Made by a program: the position numbers and the translations under genes
Notes under the pieces: generated by a model
Databases searched by the model: none
What the model was told of the DNA's origin: nothing
The model's input: the letters and a program-made list of their open reading frames with translations, nothing else
DNA from: an uncultured Gammaproteobacteria bacterium
Lineage (GTDB): Bacteria > Patescibacteriota > Patescibacteriia > SG8-24 > DYFX01
Direction: 5' to 3'
Assembly (NCBI GenBank): GCA_964404275.1
Contig: CAYOJH010000004.1
Location: 5,172 to 69,171 of the forward strand
DNA length: 64,000 nucleotides
In this document: positions 35,510 through 44,386 of the stretch, one piece after another
Numbering within the stretch: the first letter of the stretch is position 1
How the letters are laid out: each line of letters begins with the position of its first letter

Positions 35510-36529
35510 TCAAAGCGCCGGCAGGTCGAATTGGGGGCCGAGGTCGGCGCGTTCGACGGTCCAGCCGTTCGGATGTTCGACGATCGCGCCGTCGACGGTG
35601 AAGCCCGCGGCTTTGCGATGACCTCCCCCGCCGTAGGTCTTGGCCATTTCGGCCACGTCGGCATCGGTCGCGCTGCGGTAACTGCCTTTGACCCGATGGC
35701 GGCCCAGCTCTTTCAGCACCAGCACCACGTCGGCTTGCAGCAGATGATTCAAAAAGTTCGAGAGGCCTTCCAGATATTCGTCGTCGACCGGATGATCGTT
35801 GAAGTCGCTGCGGAAGAGCGCGGTCGAAGCGAGTTTCTTTTCGGGATCGAAACGTAGACGCTCGAGCGCGCGGCCCCAGAGCTTGAGCGCGTCGACCGGC
35901 TTGTTGCGCATCAGGCGCTTGGTGATATCGCGAATCGAGACGCCTTTGAGCAAAAGCTCGGAAGCGATCTCCAAGCTCTTCACCGTCGTGGCGGGGTTAG
36001 AAAAATTCGACGTGTCGGTCAGGAGGCCGGTCATGAGGCAGACCGCCATCTCGCGCGAGACGTCCGCGCCGTTGTCGTCGAAAAATTCATGCACGACTTC
36101 GGCCGTCGAGGAGGCGTCGGTGATGACGAGGTTCGCGTCGCCGAAGAGCGCGTTGGTGACGTGATGATCGAAGTTCGCGATGAACGGTTTCTTCGGCATG
36201 GCGGCCACGAGCGCGTCGATACCGGCGTAGGCCAAGTCGCCCGCGTCGAACACGCACAGCGCGTCGACGGCTTCGTCCTTGAAAATCGCCGTGACATTCG
36301 TCACCTCCTTGAAACGCGGAAAGTACGCGTAGGCCGAGGCCGGCTCGTCGATGCAGAACGCATGGGCTTCGCGGCCCTGATCGCGCAGCCAATTGTAGAC
36401 CGCCATCATGCCGCCGAGCGTGTCGCCGTCGGGCTTGCGGTGCGAAACCAGAATCGGCTTCCGCGCGTGGGAAAGCTTTTCGAAGATGCGTTTTGACGTC
36501 GCGAGATGCGGCATAAGGTCAAAGTCCAT
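35510..36529 (-). CDS. DHH-family phosphoesterase (NrnA-like oligoribonuclease/pAp phosphatase), canonical motifs
   Basis: DxD (HRKPDGDTLGG) and DHH (NFDHHVTN) motifs, DHHA1-like C-terminus with GGGH. Confidence 0.75.
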   Translation of the reverse strand: MDFDLMPHLATSKRIFEKLSHARKPILVSHRKPDGDTLGGMMAVYNWLRDQGREAHAFCIDEPASAYAYFPRFKEVTNVTAIFKDEAVDALCVFDAGDLAYAGIDALVAAMPKKPFIANFDHHVTNALFGDANLVITDASSTAEVVHEFFDDNGADVSREMAVCLMTGLLTDTSNFSNPATTVKSLEIASELLLKGVSIRDITKRLMRNKPVDALKLWGRALERLRFDPEKKLASTALFRSDFNDHPVDDEYLEGLSNFLNHLLQADVVLVLKELGRHRVKGSYRSATDADVAEMAKTYGGGGHRKAAGFTVDGAIVEHPNGWTVERADLGPQFDLPAL

Positions 36530-36571
36530 CACCGTACGGAAAAAGAAAAACCCCGTCAAGAGACGACGGGG

Positions 36572-37255
36572 TTACGAATCGACGACGCGGATGCGGACGG
36601 GGCCGCGGCCGGCGCCGAAGATGTCATGCGGAAAGCGCGCGCTGATCTGCATCGGCCTGACCCGCAGCGTGACGCCGCAGTCGAAGAAGCGCTGCCACAC
36701 GCGGCTGACGAAGGCGATGTCGACCTCCGTCAGCGTCATGACGTCGCGGGCGCTTTTCTTCGGCATCGACGGAACGCCGTTCGCGATCGCATCCGCCAAG
36801 GCATAGGCGATGTCCGACGGGCGGCCTTGCGCGTCGAGCAGGCTGCGCGTGACGGTGAGCTCGGGCGTCGGGTCGAGCTCGCGAAGATCCGTCCCGTCGG
36901 TCGTGCGATAGCCTTCGACCGTCTTCATGAGCGACAGGTCGCCGAAGGGATGGAAGCTGATCGCGTACGGCCAGGCTTCCAGCACGCACCAATGATCCGC
37001 CACGTCGATCTGCGATTTGAGATCGACCATGGCCGTCTTCAGCACGAGCTCGGCGTCGGCGTCGAAAAACGGCAGACGCACGTCCTCGCACGGCAGGCTG
37101 GAGGCCAGGCGCGCGTCAGGATGCGCGCGGCGGATCGCGTCGGCCGCCGCGCGCAGCATCCGGAAACCGGTGTCGAGCACGTCGTGGAACTGGAACTGCG
37201 GCCCGTCGCCCACGACGACGTCGGGCAGCTTCGTCGGAGTGATGAAGCGGATCAT
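36572..37255 (-). CDS. hypothetical protein, tandem paralog B1
   Basis: similar to 37252..37893 (DLDPTPE, RFPHxxFGxGxGP motifs). Confidence 0.5.
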   Translation of the reverse strand: MIRFITPTKLPDVVVGDGPQFQFHDVLDTGFRMLRAAADAIRRAHPDARLASSLPCEDVRLPFFDADAELVLKTAMVDLKSQIDVADHWCVLEAWPYAISFHPFGDLSLMKTVEGYRTTDGTDLRELDPTPELTVTRSLLDAQGRPSDIAYALADAIANGVPSMPKKSARDVMTLTEVDIAFVSRVWQRFFDCGVTLRVRPMQISARFPHDIFGAGRGPVRIRVVDS

Positions 37256-37893
37256 GGCTCCCCCTCGCCGTCCCGAAGGATCTTGTGTAGGTATCGGCAG
37301 ATGCGCATGGGGCCCGCGCCGAGGCCGAAGGCCGCGTGCGGAAAGCGCACCTGGATCGCCAGGTCGTCGACGCCGGAATCGTAGAGATCCCAGGTGATGC
37401 CCTGCGGCAGGAATCCGTCGAGCGCCTTGCTCAGGAATTCGTGGTGCGTCTCTTCGATCGGATCGATCATGCCGCGGCGCATCATCACGATCATGACCGG
37501 CGTCGGGTCGAGATCGCTCCAGTCGAGGTCGTGATCCGTCAGGCAGTTCTTGACCGAACCGTGCAGGCAGTCGAAGCCGAGCAGGTAGAGGTCCGCCATG
37601 AACGGCCCGAAGCGCACTTCGCAGCTGAAGAGCGTCACGTCGTATTTCGTGAGCTTGCATTCGTCGAAGACGTAGGCGATCTGGGCGTAGCTCTCCTCGT
37701 CGAAGGCCCGCTCCGCGTCATCGAAGGCGAAGGAAAACGTGGGCGGGTCGGACTTGGGGAAGCGCATCATGGCGCGACCGAGCAGCGTCCGGAGGATCCC
37801 CAGCGCCGTCTCGGTCACCTTGGTCAGGTCGAATTTCGGCCCGTCCGCGATGAGCGTGTCGTCGTCGAGTTCTCGGAGCTTGGTCAGCGTCAC
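37252..37893 (-). CDS. hypothetical protein, tandem paralog B2 (GTG start, RBS AAGGAGG), translationally coupled to B1 (ATGA overlap)
   Basis: paralogy across full length; listed 980-aa ORF is an extension antisense to smc. Confidence 0.5.
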   Translation of the reverse strand: MTLTKLRELDDDTLIADGPKFDLTKVTETALGILRTLLGRAMMRFPKSDPPTFSFAFDDAERAFDEESYAQIAYVFDECKLTKYDVTLFSCEVRFGPFMADLYLLGFDCLHGSVKNCLTDHDLDWSDLDPTPVMIVMMRRGMIDPIEETHHEFLSKALDGFLPQGITWDLYDSGVDDLAIQVRFPHAAFGLGAGPMRICRYLHKILRDGEGEP

Positions 37894-37992
37894 GGTCTCC
37901 TCCTTGAAAGGAACCGTTTCCAGCTTCCCCTCCGCCGCTTGAAACGTCAAGCGTTCCCAGGTACTTTGTTGAGGTAATAGCCGACGTTCCAC

Positions 37993-40302
37993 ATGTATCT
38001 CCAGCGCATCGAAATGCAGGGTTTCAAGTCGTTCGCCAACCGCACCGTCTTGGAATTCCTTCCACCGAAAGACGGCAACCGCGGCACGACCGCGATCGTC
38101 GGCCCGAATGGCTCGGGCAAGTCCAACATCGCCGACGCGGTCCGCTGGGTGCTCGGCGAGCAATCGCTCAAGCTCCTGCGCGGCAAGAAATCGGAAGACG
38201 TGATCTTCAGCGGCTCGGAAAAGCGCTCGCGCTCCGGCTTCGCCGAAGTCTCCCTCTCGCTGAACAACGAAGCGGGCGGCAACGACATCGAATATCCGGA
38301 AGTCGTGATCACGCGCCGCATCTACCGCGACGGCGAATCGGAATACCTGATCAACAAGAACAAGGTCCGGCTCCAGGAGGTCCTCTTGCTGCTCGCCCGC
38401 GCCAACTTCGGCCAGCGCACCTACTCGGTGATCGGCCAAGGCATGATCGACGCGATCCTGGTCGCCTCGCCGAAAGAGCGTAAAGAATTTTTCGACGAAG
38501 CCGCCGGCGTCAAACAGTATCAGCTCAAGCGCGAATCCGCCGTCCGCAAGCTCGACGCCTCCGAAGAAAATTTGAAACAGGCCGAACTCATCCTCGCCGA
38601 GATCGAACCGCGCATGCGTTCGCTCTCGCGCCAGGTGCGCCGCTTGGAGGAACGCGCCAATCTGGAAAAAGAATTGCAGGAGCTTTCCGTTTTGTATTTC
38701 AGCACGCAGTGGAAGCAGATCAAGCAAGAAATGGCCGCGATCGACGTGAAAACGAAAACGGTTGAAGAGAGCCGCAAAGCCAAGGAAAAGGAGATCGAAG
38801 CCGTGCGCGCCCAGCTCGCGGGGCTCGAAACGGAAGAAACGAAATCCGACGGCCTGATCGCGCTCCAGAAGGAGTACGAAAAGGAAATGGAGAAGCGCAA
38901 CGCGCTGCGCGAAAAAGAGATCCAGCTCAAGAACCAGATCCGGATGGAGCAGATGAAAGCCCAGGCGGCGGGCGCGCCGGCCTTGCCCCTGCCGCTCCCC
39001 CGCATCGTCGAAGAGGTCTCGGCGATTTCCGAGCGCCACGACGAGCTGGTCGCTTCGATCTTGAACGCGGAAACGCTCGAACAGGCGCAGCAGGCCGCGC
39101 AGGAACTCGAAAAGCTCGGCAAGCAGATCAACGAACTGCTTTCGGAACTCAAAGAGCCCGGCCATAAAGACCGGCACCAGAAAAAAGAGCCGTCCGTTCC
39201 GCCCGCGATGCAGAAAGAACTCGAGGAAACGCTCGTCGCCATCGCCTCGATGGGCAAAGCGCTGACCGAGCTCCAAGGCCGGATGCAGCGCTGGGGCCAG
39301 GAAGAATCCAAGAAACGCGGCGCTTTCTTCGAGATCCAGCGCAAGATGCAGGCGCTCCAAAGCGAGCTTTTCGAGCTCGACCGCCATCTCTCCGACCACC
39401 GCGTCGAGCGCGCCCGCATCGAAACGCGCCGCGAAACCGTCGAACGCGAAGCCAAGGAAATGATGGGCGAGGCCGCCATGGCCGCGCTGTCGGCCGAACC
39501 GAAAGAGAAGGTCGACGCGCTCGCGCTCTCTCCCCGCCTCCACCAGCTGCGCACGCAAGTCGCCGCGATCGGCTCGATCGACCAAGCCGTCGTCAACGAA
39601 TACAAGGAGATCAAGGAACGCTTCGATTTCCTCTCGAACCAGGTCGAGGATCTGCACAAGACGAAGACTTCGCTCGTGCAGATGATCGAAGAACTCGACG
39701 GGCTGATCAAGAAGCAATCGGACGTCTCCTTCCGCCGCATCAACCAGCACTTCGGAGAATTCTTCAAGCAGCTGTTCGACGGCGGCAGCGCTTCGCTCCA
39801 GAAGATCGAGCGCGAAGAGGAAGAAGACGAAGCCGCCGAAGCGGAAAAGGCCGCGGCCAATGAAGCCGCCGGCATCGAGGAAGAAGAAAAGAAAGAAGAC
39901 GTTTCCGCCGCGCCGAAAGAAACCTGGCTCGGACTCGAAATCTTCGCGAATCCTCCGGGCAAGCGCGTGAAGTCGATTCACACGCTCTCGGGCGGCGAGC
40001 GCGCCATGACCTCGATCGCGCTCATCTGCGCCATCATGACGACCAACCCGTCGCCCTTCGTGGTCCTCGACGAAGTCGACGCCGCCCTCGACGAATCCAA
40101 CGCCTCGCGCTTCGCCAAAATCATCGACGAACTCTCCCACAAGACGCAGTTCCTGGTGATCACGCACAACCGCTACACGATGCAGAAGTCGCAAGTCCTC
40201 TACGGCGTGACGATGGGCGAAGATTCCACCTCCAGCATCCTCTCGCTCCAGCTCGAAGACGCGGAAAACCTGAAAGGCAACACGAAAAAAATCGCGGTAT
40301 AA
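37993..40302 (+). CDS. smc: SMC-family chromosome segregation ATPase, unusually short (769 aa), apparently hinge-less
   Basis: N-terminal MYLQRIEMQGFKSF...GPNGSGKSN Walker A, C-terminal signature LSGGERAMTSIAL and Walker B VVLDEVDAALD; long coiled coil between. Confidence 0.8.
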   Translation: MYLQRIEMQGFKSFANRTVLEFLPPKDGNRGTTAIVGPNGSGKSNIADAVRWVLGEQSLKLLRGKKSEDVIFSGSEKRSRSGFAEVSLSLNNEAGGNDIEYPEVVITRRIYRDGESEYLINKNKVRLQEVLLLLARANFGQRTYSVIGQGMIDAILVASPKERKEFFDEAAGVKQYQLKRESAVRKLDASEENLKQAELILAEIEPRMRSLSRQVRRLEERANLEKELQELSVLYFSTQWKQIKQEMAAIDVKTKTVEESRKAKEKEIEAVRAQLAGLETEETKSDGLIALQKEYEKEMEKRNALREKEIQLKNQIRMEQMKAQAAGAPALPLPLPRIVEEVSAISERHDELVASILNAETLEQAQQAAQELEKLGKQINELLSELKEPGHKDRHQKKEPSVPPAMQKELEETLVAIASMGKALTELQGRMQRWGQEESKKRGAFFEIQRKMQALQSELFELDRHLSDHRVERARIETRRETVEREAKEMMGEAAMAALSAEPKEKVDALALSPRLHQLRTQVAAIGSIDQAVVNEYKEIKERFDFLSNQVEDLHKTKTSLVQMIEELDGLIKKQSDVSFRRINQHFGEFFKQLFDGGSASLQKIEREEEEDEAAEAEKAAANEAAGIEEEEKKEDVSAAPKETWLGLEIFANPPGKRVKSIHTLSGGERAMTSIALICAIMTTNPSPFVVLDEVDAALDESNASRFAKIIDELSHKTQFLVITHNRYTMQKSQVLYGVTMGEDSTSSILSLQLEDAENLKGNTKKIAV

Positions 40303-40303
40303 A

Positions 40304-40338
40304 AAGAGACGGCCCTACGGGGGTCGTCTTTTCGTTTC
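40304..40338 (+). terminator. Rho-independent terminator after smc
   Basis: agacggccctacgggggtcgtct + T-run. Confidence 0.6.
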
Positions 40339-40358
40339 ATGTCTTGGTCAAAAACACG

Positions 40359-40394
40359 TGACGTAAATTCTGACGGCCGTCAGTTTTTGCGTCA
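40359..40394. repeat. palindromic repeat copy 3 (TGACGTAAATTCTGACGGCCGTCAGTTTTTGCGTCA)
   Basis: right arm identical to copy 1, left arm variant. Confidence 0.75.
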
Positions 40395-40790
40395 GGGTTC
40401 CCGGATCGAAAAAATCCGAATCCAGCCATCGAGCTTCGATCGACGGGTCCAGAGATGGAGTTTCTCGGCGATGCATTTGTCGGATATCCAGACGCTTCCC
40501 TGAAGGCGGCGGCAACCGATCGCGCGCAGCAAATCGCGGAAGGCGGCGCGGACATGCCGTTGCGACTCCGGAATGTCGAAAGCGACCAGCGTGCGGAAAC
40601 CGTCCGTCCGAAGGGGCGAGGTCTTCAGTGCGTGTCGCAAGCGCGCCGCTTCTCCTTGCGCCGTGCACACCAAAAGCAGCCGACCGCCGCGCCGTCTGGC
40701 CTCCAAAAGGCCTCTTCGCTTCAGATCGCGGATGCGACGCCGTAGCTTGCGGAAACGTTCTTCCTCGGCAATCCGCCGCAATCCCTCCAT
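40392..40790 (-). CDS. small regulator-like protein (basic wHTH-like N-terminus, C-terminal segment weakly Cas2/VapD-like), start uncertain (track ORF to 40940 runs into repeat)
   Basis: ...LVAFDIPESQRHVRAAFRDLLRAIGCRRLQGSVWIS...; flanked by direct copies of the palindromic repeat. Confidence 0.35.
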   Translation of the reverse strand: MEGLRRIAEEERFRKLRRRIRDLKRRGLLEARRRGGRLLLVCTAQGEAARLRHALKTSPLRTDGFRTLVAFDIPESQRHVRAAFRDLLRAIGCRRLQGSVWISDKCIAEKLHLWTRRSKLDGWIRIFSIREP

Positions 40791-40894
40791 CCCTTGCGAA
40801 ATGGCGACTCTGGGATATCGCCGCGTGCCATAGAGGAACAGCTTTCCGTCCGAGGCCGCCTGCAGCAAAGCCCCGGTCAGCCATTTGGCGACGG

Positions 40895-40930
40895 GGCGCG
40901 AATTCTGACGGCCGTCAGTTTTTGCGTCAC
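40895..40930. repeat. palindromic repeat copy 4 (GCGCGAATTCTGACGGCCGTCAGTTTTTGCGTCA), direct with copy 3
   Basis: identical 29-bp core to copy 3. Confidence 0.75.
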
Positions 40931-40987
40931 GGGCGCGCATATGCCACCGCCTACGCGAAGTCGTGCTTCGCTGTCAATAAAAAACGA

Positions 40988-41020
40988 CGACCTCAAGGGG
41001 TCGTCTTTTCGTTCTGAGAT
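40988..41020. terminator. bidirectional terminator
   Basis: aaaaacgacgacctcaaggggtcgtcttttcg. Confidence 0.55.
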
Positions 41021-41727
41021 TCGAGCGGGGTGCCGCGGAAGGGATCGAGGTCCGTGCGCGGATAGAGTTCCGCATGCAAACGGTTCATCTCGTCGGCGAT
41101 CTTCACCGTCAGAGGTTGAAGGCGAGCGTACTGCTCGCTCAGCATCCGCCAGCGGATTTCCTTCAGCTTGCGGCTGTCGTTAGCAAACGCCTCCAGCAAC
41201 ATGTCAAAACGTCTCAGCTGATGAGGCATCATACTGCAGTTGCTGGGGAACTTTCTTGTCAGAGAGTCCTCGCCCTCGTATTCCAAGCCACATGCTTCGC
41301 AATAGACGCCGACCTTCGCTCGCTCGACCAGCCCCATGTCTCTCGCGGTGCCGGGCGGAGTCTTGTGCAGGATCTGATCGATCTTGACGAGGCGACCACT
41401 GCAGTAGTGGCAGCTGTGGCCGAAGCTGAAATCGGCCAGGAAACATCCGAGCAGCTGCGGATCGATCTCGCGTTTCGGATCGGCGTTGTACTCGCGGCCG
41501 TCTTTCTCCACGAAGGTCCAGTCGCCCATCCGATCTTCGTGCTGAACGATCAGGATGCCGGCGAGCTCGTAGAGCGACGGGGTGCGCGAGGGCGGTTCCG
41601 GAGCCGGCGTTGCCGACGGTACCGGTGCGGGCAGGATCTGCCGGTCGGTTTCCCGTTTCCGGGAGATGATGACCGTGAAACCGATGAGGAAGAGGATGAA
41701 CAGAAAGACGCCGGTGACGGGATCCAT
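40993..41727 (-). CDS. membrane-anchored protein with two zinc-ribbon-like Cys pairs
   Basis: N-terminal TM; CHYC...CEAC motifs. Confidence 0.5.
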   Translation of the reverse strand: MDPVTGVFLFILFLIGFTVIISRKRETDRQILPAPVPSATPAPEPPSRTPSLYELAGILIVQHEDRMGDWTFVEKDGREYNADPKREIDPQLLGCFLADFSFGHSCHYCSGRLVKIDQILHKTPPGTARDMGLVERAKVGVYCEACGLEYEGEDSLTRKFPSNCSMMPHQLRRFDMLLEAFANDSRKLKEIRWRMLSEQYARLQPLTVKIADEMNRLHAELYPRTDLDPFRGTPLESQNEKTTP

Positions 41728-41728
41728 C

Positions 41729-41875
41729 TCACGACTCCTTGTCGTTCCGAGGTTTCTTGTCGTCTTCCGAACGCGGGCGGCGATCGCTGCGCGCGACGAC
41801 GACGAGCAGGCCGATGATGAGGGCGAAGCCGACGAGGATGCCGATCGAGATTTGCACGATCGCGTCCTCGTTCAT
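41729..41875 (-). CDS. small single-TM protein (48 aa)
   Basis: MNEDAIVQISIGILVGFALIIGLLVVVA...; overlapping start/stop with neighbours. Confidence 0.3.
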   Translation of the reverse strand: MNEDAIVQISIGILVGFALIIGLLVVVARSDRRPRSEDDKKPRNDKES

Positions 41876-42153
41876 CGCGCTCTCCGTTTCGTGAGCTCGA
41901 CCTGGCCTTCGCGACGCCATGCCTCTTCGAGGCGCGCGTGCTCGTACCGTTGCTTCGAAGCTTCCATCTCGGCGCGGCACGCTTCGATGGCGGGATGATC
42001 GGGCCTACCCAGCGTGATCGACGGCACGTCCGTGAAGCGCTTCTGCCGCTCTTTTTCCCGGCGCTTCCGCGCGCGGGCGCGGTGCCTGAGGATCAAGGCG
42101 AGACCGAAAAGGGCCAGAGCCGCAAAAACCGTGCTGAAGATGAAAAGATCCAT
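41872..42153 (-). CDS. small single-TM protein with basic coiled-coil tail
   Basis: MDLFIFSTVFAALALFGLALIL...; listed ORF to 42564 overlaps rpsP antisense. Confidence 0.35.
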   Translation of the reverse strand: MDLFIFSTVFAALALFGLALILRHRARARKRREKERQKRFTDVPSITLGRPDHPAIEACRAEMEASKQRYEHARLEEAWRREGQVELTKRRAR

Positions 42154-42263
42154 GAGGCCGATATACGCCACCTTGACGCTTTTGTCAATCTCCTTTATAG
42201 TGGCCCCGTTCGCGCTGCAGAACCGCGGGAAGCTCTCACCTCGCGCTTCTACACATACGTAAT

Positions 42264-42289
42264 GGATCCCTGCGTTCGCAGGGATGACA
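42264..42289. repeat. REP-like repeat (GGATCCCTGCGTTCGCAGGGATGACA) just upstream of rpsP
   Basis: inverted orientation of the TGTCATCCCTGCG family. Confidence 0.65.
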
Positions 42290-42294
42290 AAAAA

Positions 42295-42588
42295 ATGTTG
42301 TCCATCCGCCTGTCCCGCGTCGGCAAGAAGAAGATGCCGTCCTACCGCCTGATCGTCACCGAAAAGACCCGCGACCCGTGGGGCAAGGTGCTCGAACAGC
42401 TCGGCACGTACGACCCGCTCTCCAAGCCGCGCAAGACCGAATTCAACTTCGATCGCATCAACTACTGGATGTCCAAGGGCGCGCAGCCCTCGGCCACCGT
42501 CCGCAACATGCTCATCGATCTCAAAGCGATCGAGGGCGAAAAAGTGAAGGCGCATCCGACCCACAAGGCGAGCGCCGAAGAAAAATAA
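42295..42588 (+). CDS. rpsP: 30S ribosomal protein S16
   Basis: MLSIRLSRVGKKKMPSYRLIV... canonical S16. Confidence 0.9.
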   Translation: MLSIRLSRVGKKKMPSYRLIVTEKTRDPWGKVLEQLGTYDPLSKPRKTEFNFDRINYWMSKGAQPSATVRNMLIDLKAIEGEKVKAHPTHKASAEEK

Positions 42589-42656
42589 CGATGAGCCCTC
42601 GCCAACGGCGGGGGTTTTCGTTTAAGGTGTGGGGGTTCTTTCAAAGGAGACGACCG

Positions 42657-43256
42657 ATGACCTTCAAGCCCCTGCAGATGCTGTATGCCGGCGACGTGCC
42701 GAAGGCGGGCGGCGAAGAGCTCATCGCCTACCGAAACGACGTCCGTGCGCTCCGCAACAACGTCTATCTCTTCGCCGGAATTTTCGTCCTTTTCCTGGGC
42801 TGCATGCTCGTCTTTCCGTTGCCGGATGTCCTCGCGTTCATCTACGGCTGCGCGGCGACCGCGGCGGGCATCAAGGGCGCCGCCGATTTCACGACTTTGT
42901 CGCGCCGCAACGTCTATCGCGCGCTGCCCGATGGCGCGACGATCGCGACGGCGCAGCTCGAAAACGCGACGGCGAAAGCGGTGCGCGTCTGGGACACGGA
43001 TGCGTCAGATTGGAATCGCCGCGCAAGCGACTGGAACGCGCGCCTCGAACATTGGACGCGTCTCCAGCGATCTCCCGGCGAAGAAGATTTCGAATGGGAC
43101 GCGGAGGGCATCGACATGCGCGGGCGCTCGCTCGTTCACGAACGCGAATCCTTGACGCTCGAGCGTCAGGAACTGCTTCGCGCGCGGCAAGAACTCGAAG
43201 CGCAGCTCGAAGAGCTCGCCTCGGCGCTGCCCATCCCCGACCCCGTCGAAGACTGA
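42657..43256 (+). CDS. hypothetical membrane protein
   Basis: RBS AAGGAGA; two TM helices. Confidence 0.5.
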   Translation: MTFKPLQMLYAGDVPKAGGEELIAYRNDVRALRNNVYLFAGIFVLFLGCMLVFPLPDVLAFIYGCAATAAGIKGAADFTTLSRRNVYRALPDGATIATAQLENATAKAVRVWDTDASDWNRRASDWNARLEHWTRLQRSPGEEDFEWDAEGIDMRGRSLVHERESLTLERQELLRARQELEAQLEELASALPIPDPVED

Positions 43257-43274
43257 CGGGGTCTTTTCATACCG

Positions 43275-43303
43275 TTGACAAAACCGCCGGAATCGGCTTC
43301 ACT
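43275..43303 (+). promoter_or_regulatory. sigma70-like promoter TTGACAaaacc-N17-TTCACT
   Basis: matches genome-specific -35 extended motif. Confidence 0.4.
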
Positions 43304-43329
43304 GCCTGCACCCCTCCAAGGAGGTTCCC

Positions 43330-43887
43330 GTGGAATCCAAGGCTCTTTCCAGGCTTCCCAAGCTCCAGGCCCTTTCGACCAAGAACGTCCCGTTCCGCAA
43401 ACAGGCGCAATTGCATTGCCTGAAACGCGACCGGCGCGCGGCGATCGAGCGGTCGCGCACGTCCAGCGTCGCTGCCGTCAGCGGCATCATGGTGACAGGC
43501 TTCTTATGCCGGCTGCTGTTCCAGTGGGGCAGCGTACCGATCTTTTTCGGCGCGCTGCTGCTGCTCGGCATCAGCGTTTTGCTTCTCGCCATCCTCACGG
43601 GCATGGCGCTGAAGTCCTGCTGGCGGGACGCGCGCGCATTCATGCGCATCAAGATCCCGCCGCGGCTCGTGGCCGAGGCGGAAGACGAGCGCGCGCTCTC
43701 GCAAGCGGTCTGGACGCTGAACGCCCACATCATGAGCTGGAACGAGGCGGTGGCATTCGCCGAACGCGAAGACGTCGAGCCGAGCATTCTCGCCAACCTG
43801 AAGGTGCAGCGCGGCGTGCTCGAAGCCAAGCGCAAAAAAGCGCAGGCGATCCTCGAAGCCCCGAAGCCTCTCGGCACGGACCCTTGA
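43330..43887 (+). CDS. hypothetical membrane protein (GTG start)
   Basis: RBS AAGGAGG; two TM helices. Confidence 0.5.
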   Translation: MESKALSRLPKLQALSTKNVPFRKQAQLHCLKRDRRAAIERSRTSSVAAVSGIMVTGFLCRLLFQWGSVPIFFGALLLLGISVLLLAILTGMALKSCWRDARAFMRIKIPPRLVAEAEDERALSQAVWTLNAHIMSWNEAVAFAEREDVEPSILANLKVQRGVLEAKRKKAQAILEAPKPLGTDP

Positions 43888-44015
43888 ACGGGCCTGCCCC
43901 GTAAGCGCAACGCGCTTTACGGGGTTTTTTTCTTTTGTTATGCTGAAAACGGAGACTGATGGAGGTCGGCAGTCGCCAACTGAACCTGTTAATCACCGCG
44001 TAGAGTAGAGAAGAT

Positions 44016-44348
44016 ATGGCAAGAGAAACGGACCAGGAGTTCGTGGAGTACATCGTCAAAGGCATCGTCGGGCATCCCGAGGACGTCGAAACGGAACGCA
44101 CGATCGACGAGCGCGGCGTGCTCATCACGCTCAAGGTCAACCCGGCGGACATGGGCTACGTCATCGGCCGCCAAGGCCAGACGGCGCGCTCGATCCGCAC
44201 GCTGCTCAAAATCGTCGGCGCGAAGAACAACGCGCGCGTCAATCTGAAGATCTACGAGCCGGAAGGTTCCCGCCGCGCCCGCGGCCTGGAAACCGGCACC
44301 ATCGCCCGCGAGGACATCGACACCTCCGCCGTCGACCTCCAACTGTAA
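44016..44348 (+). CDS. KH-domain RNA-binding protein (KhpA/YlqC-like)
   Basis: KH GxxG loop VIGRQGQTARSIRTLL. Confidence 0.8.
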   Translation: MARETDQEFVEYIVKGIVGHPEDVETERTIDERGVLITLKVNPADMGYVIGRQGQTARSIRTLLKIVGAKNNARVNLKIYEPEGSRRARGLETGTIAREDIDTSAVDLQL

Positions 44349-44352
44349 GAAA

Positions 44353-44385
44353 AAGACCCTGCACCATTATGGTGCAGGGTTTTCG
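44353..44385 (+). terminator. terminator hairpin CCCTGCACC-atta-tGGTGCAGGG + T-run
   Basis: same hairpin family as 3903 and 22911. Confidence 0.6.
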
Positions 44386-44386
44386 T

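Noticed and set aside
37252-40194. 980-aa minus-strand ORF
   Set aside because: Only the 37252-37893 end is a real gene (paralog B2); the remainder is antisense to smc
40392-40940. Cas2 call for the palindrome-flanked ORF / CRISPR locus
   Set aside because: No CRISPR array or other cas genes in the window; similarity to Cas2 judged by eye from a short motif only, so kept as a low-confidence hypothesis rather than a feature call
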